A DNA stretch of 64,000 nt from the NCBI RefSeq assembly GCF_006345805.1, contig NC_043014.1:11470001-11534000 (forward strand), written 5' to 3'. Positions 1 to 59,345 of the stretch are shown here, in pieces. How positions within the stretch are numbered: the first letter of the stretch is position 1; each line of letters starts with the position of its first letter. The translations under genes and the position numbers were made by a program. The notes beneath the pieces were generated by a model. It searched no databases. It saw only the letters and a program-made list of their open reading frames with translations, and had not been told where the DNA came from. Origin of the DNA: Octopus sinensis (taxonomy: Eukaryota).

Positions 1-539
1 AACGTCAAATGTACCATTATTAACTCTCATTGATGTGACTGTTGCAAATATAATTCACAGTTGCATATTTCAAAAGTAATTGTGGGTTGATTTCGTGATC
101 GAATTTTGATACAGTGGGTGCGATTAAGATTAAGAGAAAAATGCTTTCCAAAATAGAGATTCTAAGGAAGTTTAGGGAATATTTGCAGAATTTAATTTAG
201 TAACCAGTGTTGTGTTAATACCGAAGTTCTTCGTTATTGCGTTGTTTTCAACGAGGAGAATGCAAGTAAGTCGTTCTTCTTTGAATGTCTTGTGGAAACA
301 TATCCATGTTGAGAATAATAAATTCGATTACTCGGAAAGATTATAATACAGAAAATTTTTAAATTAACATTGCTGGCACCTTGTCCCATGTTAAAGCAGT
401 CATCTGCTCCAAGCCATTTTAAGAGAGATTCATAGCTAGTAACATTGGTAAATTCCATCAGGTAAGCTGTCTTGCAAACAATTGATTCCCAAACATCATC
501 ATCCAAACTGTTTCACACCGATTAATAATACCACCGAGG

Positions 540-964
540 TAGAACATGACCAAAATCTAAATGACAAAATATTTAATCCAACTCTAAATAATCCAGGTGA
601 AAAATATAAAGATAGAATATTTAATTTAACTGCACCAACTCGTGACTTGGACTTTTTTTAAAGACAAATTCTCGAAAAAAAGCACCGAGTTTGGAAGAAC
701 TTGTTTGGAATAAATCAAAGATTACATACAAGCTTCGCAAATGGTTAATTAGATTATCTACCAATCAGAAACCCCGAGATTATTCGCTGCGGAGCTTTGT
801 TATTTCCGGTACCGGTGATATTGTTGTTGTTTTTTAAGATTTAAAATCGCCAGTTTTTCTGGTTTCATTTGGAAATAATTTTGCGGTTAATAACAATCTC
901 CCGGGGGGGTGTTGCATAACCACCCTAACAGATCATCGGAGAAGTATATAGATATATTTTCACT
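540..964 (+). promoter_or_regulatory. Probable SEH1 promoter and 5' UTR
   Basis: Repeat-free and relatively CpG-rich sequence directly upstream of the ATG in an otherwise repeat-saturated window. TSS not determinable. Confidence 0.45.
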
Positions 965-47054
<46,090 letters not shown>

Positions 47055-47426
47055 TTTTTGCATATCACCCCAACCTTTTTAAACTGTTATTCTTTCAACC
47101 AACCCACATTATCAAACCAATTTTTTGATCCTTTCCTGCTAACTTTTATCATATTCTTTCCATCATCCTGCCTCCAAAAAAAAAAAAAACAATGCAAGAA
47201 AAGCATCCATGCATTATTTTGATCAGTTACTACTAGTACTACTACTACTAATAATAATAATAATAACCCATGCTAGCATGGAAAACGGACGCTAAATGAT
47301 GAAATGAAAATAATAATGTGTGTTAAATATTGGAGGGTATGCTTAGCAGGAAAAGCTAATGCATGCATTATCTCTTTGGAGGAGTTTGTTGCTGAAGAAA
47401 AAAAATTTCCATCTGTTAAATATTTG

Positions 47427-47432
47427 AATAAA
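47427..47432 (+). terminator. Candidate polyadenylation signal for SEH1
   Basis: AATAAA ~370 nt after the stop codon, followed further down by T-rich tracts. Position only; no transcript evidence. Confidence 0.3.
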
Positions 47433-49590
47433 AGTCATTTTGGTATCAAATTCAATATCCTCACATTTGAGAGCTTATGTGTATGATAATATCCCTTGAA
47501 GGAAAAAATAATAGTTTTAGAATTTTTTTTTTTTTTTTTTTTTTTTGTATATTGAAACAGAATTCTTTTGTGTAGTAAAACAAAATAGATTTTAATACAT
47601 TCTGCCTTTAAGTATTCCCATAATACTCTTTAACAAAAATGTTAAAGAATTCTAGTGCTGCAGTTACAGAAGTTTGGAATAGTTACACTAATTCACACCT
47701 TAATTAACCCTTCCACGCTTTTGCCCAAGTGCTCTAGAAAGACGGTAAGTTATTTTAAAAGTTTACAGTTGGACCTAGTTTTTTACTTGAGTAGGGCATT
47801 TTATTTTGTTCTCCAAAGGGGGCATCTTTTACTTGTTTCAGTCATTGGACTGTATCCATGGTGGGGCACTACTTTGAAGTCCCCATCAATACTTATTTTT
47901 AACCATGCTTACTTATCTCTCGAACCCTCTAAGTTAGAAGGACATAAACAAACCAACAATGGTTGTCAAGTAATGTTAGGGGACAAAGACACATAGGCAT
48001 ACAGAAGAAAGAGTACAGCAGGGATCACCCCCCCCCCCCCCCTGCTGGAGCTTTTGGGTGTTTTCGCTCAATAAACACTCACAACGCCTGGTCTGGGAAT
48101 CGAAACCGCGAGTCCGCTGCCCTAACCACTTGGCCATTGCGCCTCCACATATATATATAATGAGCTTCTTTCTGTTTCTGTCTACCAAATCCACTCACAA
48201 GTCTTTGGTCAGCCAGGAACTGTAGAAGAAGATACTTGCCCAAGGTACTGTGCATTGGGACTGAACCCAAGACCACATGGTTGGGCAGTAAGCTTCTTAA
48301 TTACACAGCTATGACCATACCTGTAGTAAATTGCATAGATAACATAATTTCATAATCTCATTCCTCTACATATTCATCTGTTTAGAAATGAATGGTTCCT
48401 CTTTGGTAGTGGTGCTATGATATCTGAGGTTGTTTAGTTCTAGGTTTAGTCATAAGTACTTTGCTTTTTTGTGTGTGTAGTTTTTTCCAAACATCATGTA
48501 TTTAATACATCTATCCACTTTTGTCATGGATGTTTGGTTCCAAAACAACACCATGTGAAATGAATCAGTGATAAATCATACCATGCCAGTGACATGTAAA
48601 AGGCACTTAGTACACTCTATGGAGTGGTTGGCATTAGGAAAGGCATCCAGCTGTAGAAACCAAGCCAAAAGACTGGAGCCTGGTGCAGCTCTCCAACTTA
48701 CCAGTTCTAGTTGAACCATCTAACCCATCCCAGCATGGAAAATGGGTGCTAAATGATGATGAGAACAGACGGGGAAAATAGGTTTCGTTTTATGACCCCC
48801 AAGTTATGGATAGTCACTGGGGCATGCTTTTGCTGTCCAAGCAGAATATTTGACTGATTAGCAACTCATTTTATCGCAGATCAGTTTGCAATAAGCAATT
48901 GAGTTTACAGTTGAGCATACTGAGTTACCTGGATCAGTGATAAATGAGGTGAGATGTACTCCATTATCCAAGGTAGTCTTAGATATTTTCAGAAAGTATA
49001 GATTGATATTAGGGCTATTTTTCTGCTATTGCTGGGAATGCAAGTAACCCATGTAGAGAGAACACTACAAGCACAACCCATTAATTAATAATTAACTATT
49101 AACTATTAACATCTACATTATGTGTATCTATGCTTCTTTCCTAATAAGATACTCTCTTTACTCTTTCACTCTTTTACTTGTTTCAGTCATTTGACTGTGG
49201 CCATGCTGGAGCACCGCCTTTAGTCAAGCAAATAGACCCCAGCACTTATTCTTTGTAAGCCTAGTACTTATTCTATCGGTCTCTTTAGCCGTACCGCTAA
49301 GTTACGAAGACATAAACACACCAGCATCGGTTGTCAAACGATGTTGGGGGGACAAACACAGACACACAAACATATACACACACATACGTATATATATATA
49401 TATATACACACACATATACAACGGGCTTCTTTCAGTTTCCGTCTACCAAATCCACTCACAAGGTTTTGGTCGGCCTGAGGCTATAGTAGAAGACACTTGC
49501 CCAAGGTGCCACACAGTGAACCCGGAACTATGTGGTTCGTAAGCAAGCTACTTACCACACAGCTACTCCTATGCCTATATATTATGTATG

Positions 49591-49639
<49 letters not shown>

Positions 49640-49831
49640 TTCTTTCCTTAGATACATGATATATTGTGCATTTTTAATGAGGCAAATAACTAGAGAGTGT
49701 CCTAAACAATTTAATGTTAAACAGTTTATGTTCTCTGTCAATAAGTTTAGTTAATAACTTTACAAAGCTATTTAGATGAGTTAAGGCTTATGACCTTTTC
49801 ACTTTGCTTCTATTTTTGTACCTATGTTCAA

Positions 49832-50042
49832 CCCTTTCGTTACTGTATTTATTTTGAGACGCTCTGGGTTACTTTCAACTACAACAAAGAATTTAGTAAA
49901 ATAACTTAGTTATCATTCAGCTAGTGTTAGGAACATAAAATGTGACTACGGTTTGCTGGAAGATTTTAATTCAAAACTTATGAAAACAAGACATTTGTAT
50001 TCAGAACCAGAGCCGGTTTCAGCTGGGTTGGTAACAGAAGGG
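49832..50042. mobile_element. piggyBac-type MITE 1
   Basis: CCCTTTCGTTAC...GTAACAGAAGGG|TTAA; interrupted copies at 14301-14745 and 28713-29256. Confidence 0.7.
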
Positions 50043-50046
50043 TTAA

Positions 50047-50267
50047 CCCTTTAGCATTTAAACCGGCCATATCCGACCAAAAGTATTCTGCCTGTTTTAT
50101 GGTCAAACTGGCCAGATCTGGTCTCTCACACCAGCCCTACAATGTCGTTTTAAAAATTAACAGCTACCTCATCAAAATCTCATAGCACCAAGATAATGCC
50201 TGAATAGTTCAAGGCAATGTGGATAAAAAAGGATTAATTTTGGCAGAATAATGCGAACACTAAAGGG
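50047..50267. mobile_element. piggyBac-type MITE 2
   Basis: TTAA|CCCTTTAG...CTAAAGGG|TTAA; further copy at 53436-53646. Confidence 0.75.
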
Positions 50268-52765
50268 TTAAATATATGCTTGTGTGTGTCCATCTTCCCC
50301 TTGTCTTTCTTTTATATGTAGCTATCACCAAATTCTCTGCTGCCACCACAGTGCTGAATCTCTGTGTCTTACTATTACACCTACCAATGCTGCTCCTCAT
50401 TGTGCACATTGCTTCTTATAATAATTTTCTTTTCTCTCTCTCTCTGGTCCTGTTTATCACTATATATATCTGCTTTTCTCACCACTTCACACTCTCTCCT
50501 CTCATACTTTCCCCCTCTCTCTCTCATACTTTCTCTTTTTTTTTTCGTCTCCCTCATTCTCAGACTATCAACTTACATTTGTCTGCTTTCGTTCCTCTAA
50601 TCCCCTCTAAAAATCAGAATCAAATTGACAAATTTTGCAGAATACTTGGTTATGGTAGAGCAACTTATTTCTTTATTACCCACAAGGGGCTAAACACAGA
50701 GGGGACAAACAAGGATAGACAAACAAATTAAGTCGATTATATCGACCCCAGTGCGTAACTGGTACTTATTTAATCGACCCCAAAAGGATGAAAGGCAAAG
50801 TCAACCTCGGCGGAATTTGAACTCAGAACGTAGCGGCAGACGAAATACGGCTACGCATTTCGCCCGGCTTGCTAACGTTTCTGCCAGCTCGCCGCCTTAT
50901 GGTACAGCAACTGCAGAATATGACGTAATAGCTGGTTTTGATTTAAACAAGAAGACAAATTTTCTGGATGTGAGTTGAAATTACAGTCACAACCAAACAT
51001 TAGTCTTTATCTTTTACCATTTACATGTATCTGTCATTGGACTGTGAACCTTCTGGAGCACTTCCTTGAAGGACATTTGTTGAAAAATTAACTCCAGTCC
51101 TTACTCTTTACTCTTCACTCTTTTACTTGTTTCAGTCATTTGACTGCGGCCATGCTGGAGCACCGCCTTTAGTCGAGCAAATCGACCCCGGGACTTATTC
51201 TTTGTAAGCCCAGTACTTATTCTATCGGTCTCTTTTGCCGAATCGCTAAGTGACGGGGACGTAAACACACCAGCATCGGTTGTCAAGCAATGCTAGGGGG
51301 ACAAACACACACACACATACATATATACATATATACGACAGGCTTCTTTCAGTTTCCGTCTACCAAATCCACTCACAAGGCTTTGGTTGGCCCGGGGCTA
51401 TAGCAGAAGACACTTGCCCAAGATGCCACACAGTGGGACTGAACCCTGAACCGTGTGGTTGGTTAGCAAGCTACTTACCACACAGCCACTCCTGCGTTTT
51501 TTTTTTTAAACATATTCATTCTATTGATCTCTTTTGTCAAACCACAAAGTTAATATGGGTGATATGGACATAAACAATGGAAAATAATTTCGCCTCCAAG
51601 CATGAGGCTAACGTTCAGAAAAATGATCTTTGATTTTTAAGTCTGGTACTATTTAATCAGTCTCTTTTGCTGATCTACTAAGTTATAAGGGCATAAACAA
51701 ACCAGCATTGGTTGTCAAGCAGTGGGTAGGGTGACAGATATATGTATATAGACATATATATCATCATCATCATCATCATCCATATCATTTAATATCCATA
51801 AGGTGGCAAGCTGGCAAAACATTAGAACGTAAAGACAGACAAAATACCACTAAGCTTTTTACCCAACGTTCTAAGTTCAAATTCTGCCGAGGTCGATAAA
51901 AAATAAGTACCAGTTGAGAACTGGTGTCAATGTAATCGACTTACCCCTTCCTCGAAATTGCTGGCCTTGTGCCAAAATTTGAAATGATTATTTAACAGCA
52001 AATCGACCCCAGGACTTATTCTATTGGTCTCTTTTGTCAAACTGCTAAGTTACGGGGGCATAAACACACCAGTATCAGTTGTCAAGCAATGTTGGTGGGG
52101 AGGACAAACATATACACACACACACACACACACATATATATACGACAGGCTTCTTTCAGTTTCTGTCTACCAAATCCACTCACAAGGCTTTGGTCGGCCC
52201 GAGGCCATAATAGAAGACACTTGCCCAAGGTGCCACGCAGTGGAACTGAACCTGGAACCATGTGGTTGGTAAGCAAACTACTTACCACACAGCCAATCCT
52301 GCGCCTTCACTTAAACTAGAAATACAATTGGCAACTCCAAGTATGTAGATATAGTAATAATCGTTTCAAATTTTAGCACAAGGCCAGCAATTTCAGGGAG
52401 GGGTTAAGTTGATTACATCAATCCCAGTCCTCAACTGGTACTTATTTTATTGAACCTGAAAGGATGAAAGACAAAGTCAACCCCAGTGGAATTTGAACTC
52501 AGAACATAAAGGAGACAAAGTGCAGCTAAGCATTTTATCCAACGTACAAATAATTCTGCCAGCTTGCTTCCTCTACTAGTCTTGTAGTTATTGTTTCAAA
52601 TTTGGGCACAAAGCCAGCAATTTTAGGGAGGAGATAAGTAGATTAATTACCCCCAGTGCTCAACTAGTAGTTATTTTATTGACCCCTGAAATGTAAAGAC
52701 AGGTGAAATATCACTAAGTATTTTGCCCCACCTGCCCATTCGCTGCCTTTGTAGATATAATAATG

Positions 52766-53140
52766 GTGGAGGCGCAATGGCTCAGTGGTTAGGGCAGCGG
52801 ACTCGCGGTCATAGGATCGGTTTCGATTCCCAGACCGGGCGTTGTGAGTGTTTATTGAGCGAAAACACCTAAAAGCTCCACGAGGCTCCAGCAGGTGATG
52901 GTGGTGATCCCTGCTGTACTCTTTCACCACAACTTTCTCTCACTCTTACTTCCTGTTTCTGTTGTACCTGTATTTCAAAGGGCCGGCCTTGTCACTCTCT
53001 GTCACGCTGAATATCCCCGAGAACTACGTTAAGGGTGCACGTGTCTGTGGAGTGCTCAGCCACTTACACGTTAATTTCACGAGCAGGCTGTTCCGTTAAT
53101 TCGGACCCTCATCGTCGTAACCGACAGAGTGCTTCCATCC
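52766..53140 (+). mobile_element. Family B tRNA-derived SINE, 13-bp TSD
   Basis: TSD AGATATAATAATG at 52753 and 53141. Confidence 0.9.
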
Positions 53141-53435
53141 AGATATAATAATGATCTTGGTTTTATTTGTTTGACGTAGGCTCCAGGTGATAGTTATTCA
53201 TTTTTCAAGACACATATTAAATTGTTTTTATTGAACTTCTACTTGTTGGCGCTTGCTAGCTGCATACCAACCTCCATCTAGGCTTGCATGACACACCTGT
53301 TTCTCATTACTAATTCTGTGTTCCCCCCTCTCCTTCTCCTTTGTACACACAACACCTGCACTAACTGATATTCCAAGTCCATCTGCCTCCAAATGTTATC
53401 ACAGGATAAGTCTTTTCTTGCAGTTATCAACTTAA

Positions 53436-53646
53436 CCCTTTAGCATTTTGACAAGCCATATTCAGCTCAAATATTCTACCTGTCTTATGTTCAAACTGGC
53501 CATATTTGGCCTTTCACACTTACCCTACAATGTCATTCTAAATACAGGCTCTCACATTGAAATTTCAAAGCTATGAGATAAAACATTGAGTAATTTGTAA
53601 ATTAATTAGCCTTACATTTTGACAGAGTAATTTGAATGCTAAAGGG
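53436..53646. mobile_element. piggyBac-type MITE 2
   Basis: TTAA|CCCTTTAGCA...TGCTAAAGGG|TTGA. Confidence 0.7.
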
Positions 53647-55639
53647 TTGAAGGTCAACCATATTAGTCTCACCAGTGGCTGGAGACCCACAATGATTATG
53701 GGCACTGTCCCTTCATCTTCAAGAAATGAATTTGCTTGTTGGTTATCTTTAGGCTGTAAATATAAATGTTGCTTTATGGAGAAGAAAGAATATATATTTG
53801 AACCAGAATAGAATGCAGCTTGAAGAATGAAAAGAGCAGACACTTTTATGAAAAAGAAAGCGTGTCAAAGAACATTGGGTCCTTTCAAGTAATGTGTCGT
53901 TATGCACACTGGGTCCATTCCTCTCTCTCTTTCGGAGAGGCACAAGCACCTACACGCACATATACATACACGGCAGTAACTTCCGCCTGCCGAATTCAAT
54001 CACAAAGCTTCAGTCGGCTCGGGGCTATAGCGGAAGACACCTACCCAAAGTGCCATGCAGTGGAACTGTCCCCAAAACCATGTAGCTAGGAAGCAAGCTC
54101 CCTAACCACACAGCCATGCCAAAATGATTTTTCTCATTACCATTATCGTCATCGTCTTCCACACTATTGTCTTAAGTCCTAAGACTCACAGGACTCGTTT
54201 CCAAGTTGCATAAGTGACCAAGATTTCAACACTCCTCCAGAACAGGATGCCAGTCTGTCACAGGTCTACTTTATGGCCAAATGAACGGGAGCAATGTGAA
54301 CTGAAGTGCTTTGCTCAAGAGCACATCACACACTACCAGGTCCAGGTATCGAAACCACAATCTTGTGATTTTCAGTGCAACACCATAATAATTAGACTGA
54401 TTATCACTTGACCAAGAATAGAAATGCTTAACATATGGAGAAAGAATACATATTTGGGTTATTATTGACTAACTTGAAAACTGAACCAAATAAAACCCTT
54501 TATGAAAAGAAATAGTCAGGGCAAGATAAAGAGCTTTGTGTCCATCTAGTCAGTGTCTATAGCCAGACACAAAGACTAAAGAATAATTCAGTATTTAACT
54601 AGCTCCCTACATAGTATACTGGTTAAATGATAGACTAACCTAGGCACTATCACCTTTCGCACCAGAATGATACTGGAATAGTGCTGAGCTCCAGTTTCTG
54701 TACAGTATTTTGGGGTTTTTTTTTTTTTTAGCTTTTTGGTACACAAATGTCCAAGTTTGCACGTGGAAGAATTTATAATCATCATTTTAATGTCCACTTT
54801 TCCATGCTTACATGGATCAGAATTTTTTGAAGTGGATCTTTTTTTTCTGTAAAAAAGGGTCAGATACCCAGCCTTCACCAACCCTTACCTGTTTCCAAGT
54901 AAGGTAATATGTAATATTTCCCCAAGACACGACATGCTTTTCACAGAAGATTCAGAATGAAGGACACCTCTTGCATAACAGTGGCACTCATTTACGACTA
55001 TCACATGATGCCATGGTAAAGACACAGTAACTCATACACATTTATAAATGTACAAATGTACATCTACATTTATACACTTATATACATACACGCACACATG
55101 TGTATGTATAGATATACATATGTATAAAATGGACTTCTTTCAGTTTCCATCTATCAGATATACTCATAAGGATTTGGTCAATCCAGGGCCATAGTAGAAG
55201 ACACTTGCCCAAGGTGTCATGTAGTGGGACTGAACTTAAGACCATATAGTCGGGAAGCAAGCTTCTTTCCACATAACCATGCCTGAATGAATATAAGAAG
55301 AAAAAAAAACATTAAAATGTTTCATTCCGTTTTCAATGCTTGTTACCTTTGTTTTTCGTGCTTACCAATCCTTATTCCACCTTTTTTTTTTTTTACACAG
55401 TTTTGTCCTACCATTTTTTCCTGTTTGTATTATTTTGTTTTATTTCAATGGAATTATTTTCGTCAGTTACTTGTATTTTCCACTTTTATGTTATTAACAT
55501 TCTGACAAACAAAAAAAAACAACTTTTACTTTCACTTTCAGAATGAGGTTAATATTTCTATGAACTTATCTCAGTCATTATTGATTGCAGTTAAACAAAT
55601 CCTGTTGATTTTTTTTCAGGGCTTTAGTAGATTGATAAT

Positions 55640-56022
55640 AAAAATAATAACAACAAGAGCATTCATAGAGTACAAACTGTAACCAAGGCAACACCAACAT
55701 CCTCTCAACGATTAGCCAGAGATGATTTTTAAAATGAGAATATCTGAAATAAACTTGACTGCTCTCACAAACGAGAAAACTAAAAATGAACCCAACCGCT
55801 CTCAAAAATTAAGTAAAAAAAAACAGGAAAAATAATCCAGAATCCTTGTCCAGTACCGGATCGATTCCAAAATCTAATTAGTTTGTGCCAGTCACGAGGC
55901 CAAACATCCCTGAAAGTTTCATCTGAATCCATTCAGCAGTTCTTGAGATATCTTGTCCACAGGCAGACAAACAAACAAGACCGAAAACAATACCTCCACC
56001 TTCGCTAAGGCAGAGGTAATAA
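55640..56022 (-). mobile_element. Helentron/HINE-like non-autonomous element
   Basis: Reverse complement of 22810-23150 type. Confidence 0.55.
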
Positions 56023-56593
56023 TAATGATAATAATTTCTTAGGCAAAGTTGAAGCCAGCAGGATTTGAAATCAGAAGAACATAAAGGGAGACAAATATGT
56101 GCTGCAAGCGATTTTATCAACCACTCTACAAGCTCTATAAATTCTTGCTTTAAGACCAAAATGTGTTTATTCTATGTCACTGCTTCACACATCTACTCAT
56201 GATTCAGTTCTGCTCTGACAGCCACTGTGTGCTATCACTACATAGTATTGACGGATTTCTGTTAAAGGAAACTTTGCTTCAGAGTTGTCTTCCTTGGTAG
56301 TGGTAGCTGGTACAGAAGAGAACTAATGAGATCAAAAGGCATCCAGAAGTCCAGTGAAGAGTGCTCAGAACTGATTATGGTGTTTTAACACATTTTTCTC
56401 TTAAGCAAGAATTTTTTTCCAGAACAAACTGCAGTTCAAAGCTTTTGCAGGTTCAAATATCTTTTGGAATATATTTGAACTCTCCATCACTGGTCCACAG
56501 AGAATTTGTTTGTTGGACACAGTATGAGGCAACTGTCATTGTCACTAGGTCTAACTTATAAAACAAATACCACCATGAGTGACATCCAAATTG

Positions 56594-56979
56594 CTCGACC
56601 TTTATTCTTTAGAAAAACGACGACGCCGTGGAGATCTCATTCTTGCTCACAACATCATAAGCGGAAAGTGTAACCTCTCAAAAGAGCTGTTCTTCACTCC
56701 TGCTCCAGAGCGTCGGCTGCGGGGTCATTCCGAAAAGCTCTATCTGTGACGATTTCATCTCAATCGAAGGAGAGGGGCTTTCTTCGTCCGGGTTGCGGAT
56801 CCGTGGAATAAGCTGCCAGACGAGATGGTGAAGATGCCAACGACCGCTCGTTTCAAAGTCTCCCTTGACCTCATGTGGCCTGAACTCTTTACATGAACAC
56901 CACCCTGTACATAACTCCATGTCCCCCTACATGGCCTTGCTTTTTGCTTTTTGAGCCAAAAAATTAACTAACTAACTAC
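56594..56979 (+). pseudogene. CR1/L2-type LINE 3' end with (TAAC)n tail, 5'-truncated
   Basis: LDLYSLEKRRRRGDLIL...RLRGHSEKL...WNKLP; near-identical inverted copy at 58856-59345. Confidence 0.88.
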
Positions 56980-57473
56980 AGTGGAGAAGGCTAGCCACTG
57001 GATTTGGTTAAAAAGAGACGATGAGCAATGGCTAGGAGAATATTGAGTGAAACCTGATGACAAGCTGGTCTAGCAAGCAGGACTCATTTTAGGGAAGGGG
57101 CTGGTATGCAATGATGCTGTTGAGAGGAAGACCCCAGAATGGCGCACATTCTTTCCTGATGATATCATAAGCCTTCTAGCATCAGGTATGTAGAGCTTTC
57201 AACTGGTAACACTTGCATCTGTAAATTGTTTGCAAAAATATACACACACACACAGGAGTGTATATTTATATATATATAATTTGTATTTATGCATATCTGT
57301 ATGGATGAATGTGTGTGTGAATGGGTATCTGTATATATATATTTATATATGTGTGTGTGAGGGCACATGGCCTAGTGGCTTGGGTGCTGTACCTATAATA
57401 ATCACAAGTTTGTGACTTCAGTTCGTGGACCGGGTGATGTGTTATGTTCTTGAGCAAAGCACTTTATCTCATA

Positions 57474-57821
57474 CTAGCACTATGACCCGGCAACGCCGGG
57501 TCATATTGCTAGTGCATGCGTACATACACGCGAGTACTGTCCAAATCTCCGACCAATCACATACAGCTAACTGGCATTCAATTGGCGTATCAAGTTTCGG
57601 GCATTTTGATTGGGTTTTGGATAGAAAATTCACAAAAAAGTCACTTCTGTTGATTTTTTAATGGCTTTGCGGGGTGACTGGGAAAATGTAAAGATGTGCA
57701 CGACCATCCTTGGACGGTTTTGAATGACCATAGAAAGTGCGAGCCCTCTAACTGAAAAATTGTGGATTTGTATAAAGGACACACACACACACAGACATTT
57801 TGCCGTTTATATATAGAGAGA
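57474..57821 (-). mobile_element. Non-autonomous Helitron, family 4
   Basis: ACTAGCACTATGACCCGGC-AAC-GCCGGGTCATATTGCTAGT hairpin; TC 5' end at 57821. Confidence 0.78.
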
Positions 57822-58011
57822 TTGTTCTGTGATGGCTTTGACACCTGACATACACTGTTCACCTGTTCAGGCAATGTCAGTTTGATGGAGGGAGTGAGCT
57901 AATGTACACTATAAACAAATAATTTGTACAGGTCGTTCAGCAAAAACTGAATACTCTCATGTTGCCTTTGATGGGAAATTCGGTCATAGTATGTGTATTA
58001 TATATATAATT

Positions 58012-58310
58012 TGGAGACGCAATGGCCCAGTGGTTAGGGCAGTGGACTCGCGGTCAGAGGATCGTGGTTTCGATTCCCAGACCGGGTGTTGTGTGTGTTT
58101 ATTGAGCGAAAACACCTAAAAGCTCCGGCAGGGGGTGGTGGAAACCCCTGTTGTACTCTTTCGCCCCAACTTTCTATTACTCTCTCTTCCTGTTTCTTGA
58201 GTAACGGCTGCGATGGACTGGCGTCCCGTCCAGCTGGCGGGGAACACATACGCCACAGAAACCGAGAAACCAGGCCCATGAGCCTGGCTAGGCTTGAAAA
58301 GGGCGACGTT
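58012..58310 (+). mobile_element. Family B head with alternative V-domain-like body
   Basis: Same head, then CTGCGATGGACTGGCGTCCCGTCCAG; second copy at 6797-7086. Confidence 0.7.
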
Positions 58311-58855
58311 TATCGTTTATATATATATATATATAATATACACAAAAAGGCGACTGATTAACAAAGATGGGTTGAAACTATTCATTGAAGAACTCAAAGG
58401 AAGCTAAGGATGAGAGAAGGTAGTCATATGATGTAGCTCGGGGGAAATGGATGTTCAGTTCAACTATCTTCTGAGAAAGATACTCTGATGCAAAACCTGA
58501 AGATTATTCAGTTTCTGGTCATTCCAGCTAATGCAGGACTGCCGGGAGGAAAGCAGTTATGAATAAAAAGCGAGTGAAGGTTTTTATGCATTTCACTCGC
58601 TATAATCATATATATAATCATATGGTAAAACAATCCTGCGGCGATGGAGTGTAGTGGAACATACATGTTTGGACATATGTATGTACCGTATTTACCTGTA
58701 TAAAAAAAAGTCACACTTTTTTTTATGTTTGAATTTAACTGCGAAAAAATGGAATGCGACTTATACATGAGCAAAGCAAAAACTATGCAGGAAAAATAAA
58801 ATTGTACCAACATTTAACGCTAAATTAGCAGTACAGCTTATACAAGAGTGTGACT

Positions 58856-59345
58856 TATGTTAGTTAGTTAGTTAGTTAATTTGGCTCAAAAGCAAAAAGC
58901 AAGGCCATGTAGGGGGACATGGAGTTAAGTACAGGGTGGTGTTCATGTAAAGAGTTCAGGCCACTTGAGGTCCAGGGAGGCTTTGAACAAAGCGGTCGTC
59001 GGCATCTTCACCATCTCGTCTGGCAGCTTGTTCCACGGATCCGCAACCCGGGCGGAGAAAGCTCCTCTCCTTCGATTGAGATGAAATCGTCGCAGGTAGA
59101 GCTTTTCGGAATGACCCCGCAGCCGACGCTCTGGAGCAGGAGTGAAGAACAGCTCTTTCGAGAGGTTACACTTTCCGCTTATGATGTTGTGGGCGAGAAT
59201 GAGATCACCACGGCGGCGGCGTTTTTCAAGAGAATAAAGGTCGAGCGTCCTCAGCCTTTCTTCGTAGGACAAATTTTTGAGACCATGAACCATGCGGGTA
59301 GCCAGCTTCTGGGCTCTTTCGAGATGCTGTAAATACGATAAGAAA
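58856..59345 (-). pseudogene. CR1/L2-type LINE 3' end with (TAAC)n tail, 5'-truncated
   Basis: Open frame LQHLERAQKLATRMVHGLKNLSYEERLRTLDLYSLEKRRRRGDL...WNKLP...WPELFT*. Confidence 0.9.

Noticed and set aside
55542-55563. Alternative last exon for SEH1 after TTTCACTTTCAG
   Set aside because: Would add RMRLIFL* but lies 8.5 kb downstream, has no similarity to known SEH1 ends, and nothing else supports it.
53700-56570. Second protein-coding gene downstream of SEH1
   Set aside because: Unique-looking stretches (53700-53900, 56200-56570) have stops in all frames and no coherent exon chain.
58390-58505. Minus-strand frame GFASEYLSQKIVELNIHFPRATSYDYLLSSLASFEFFNE* after a CAG
   Set aside because: Short, weak pyrimidine tract, no recognisable homology and no partner exons.
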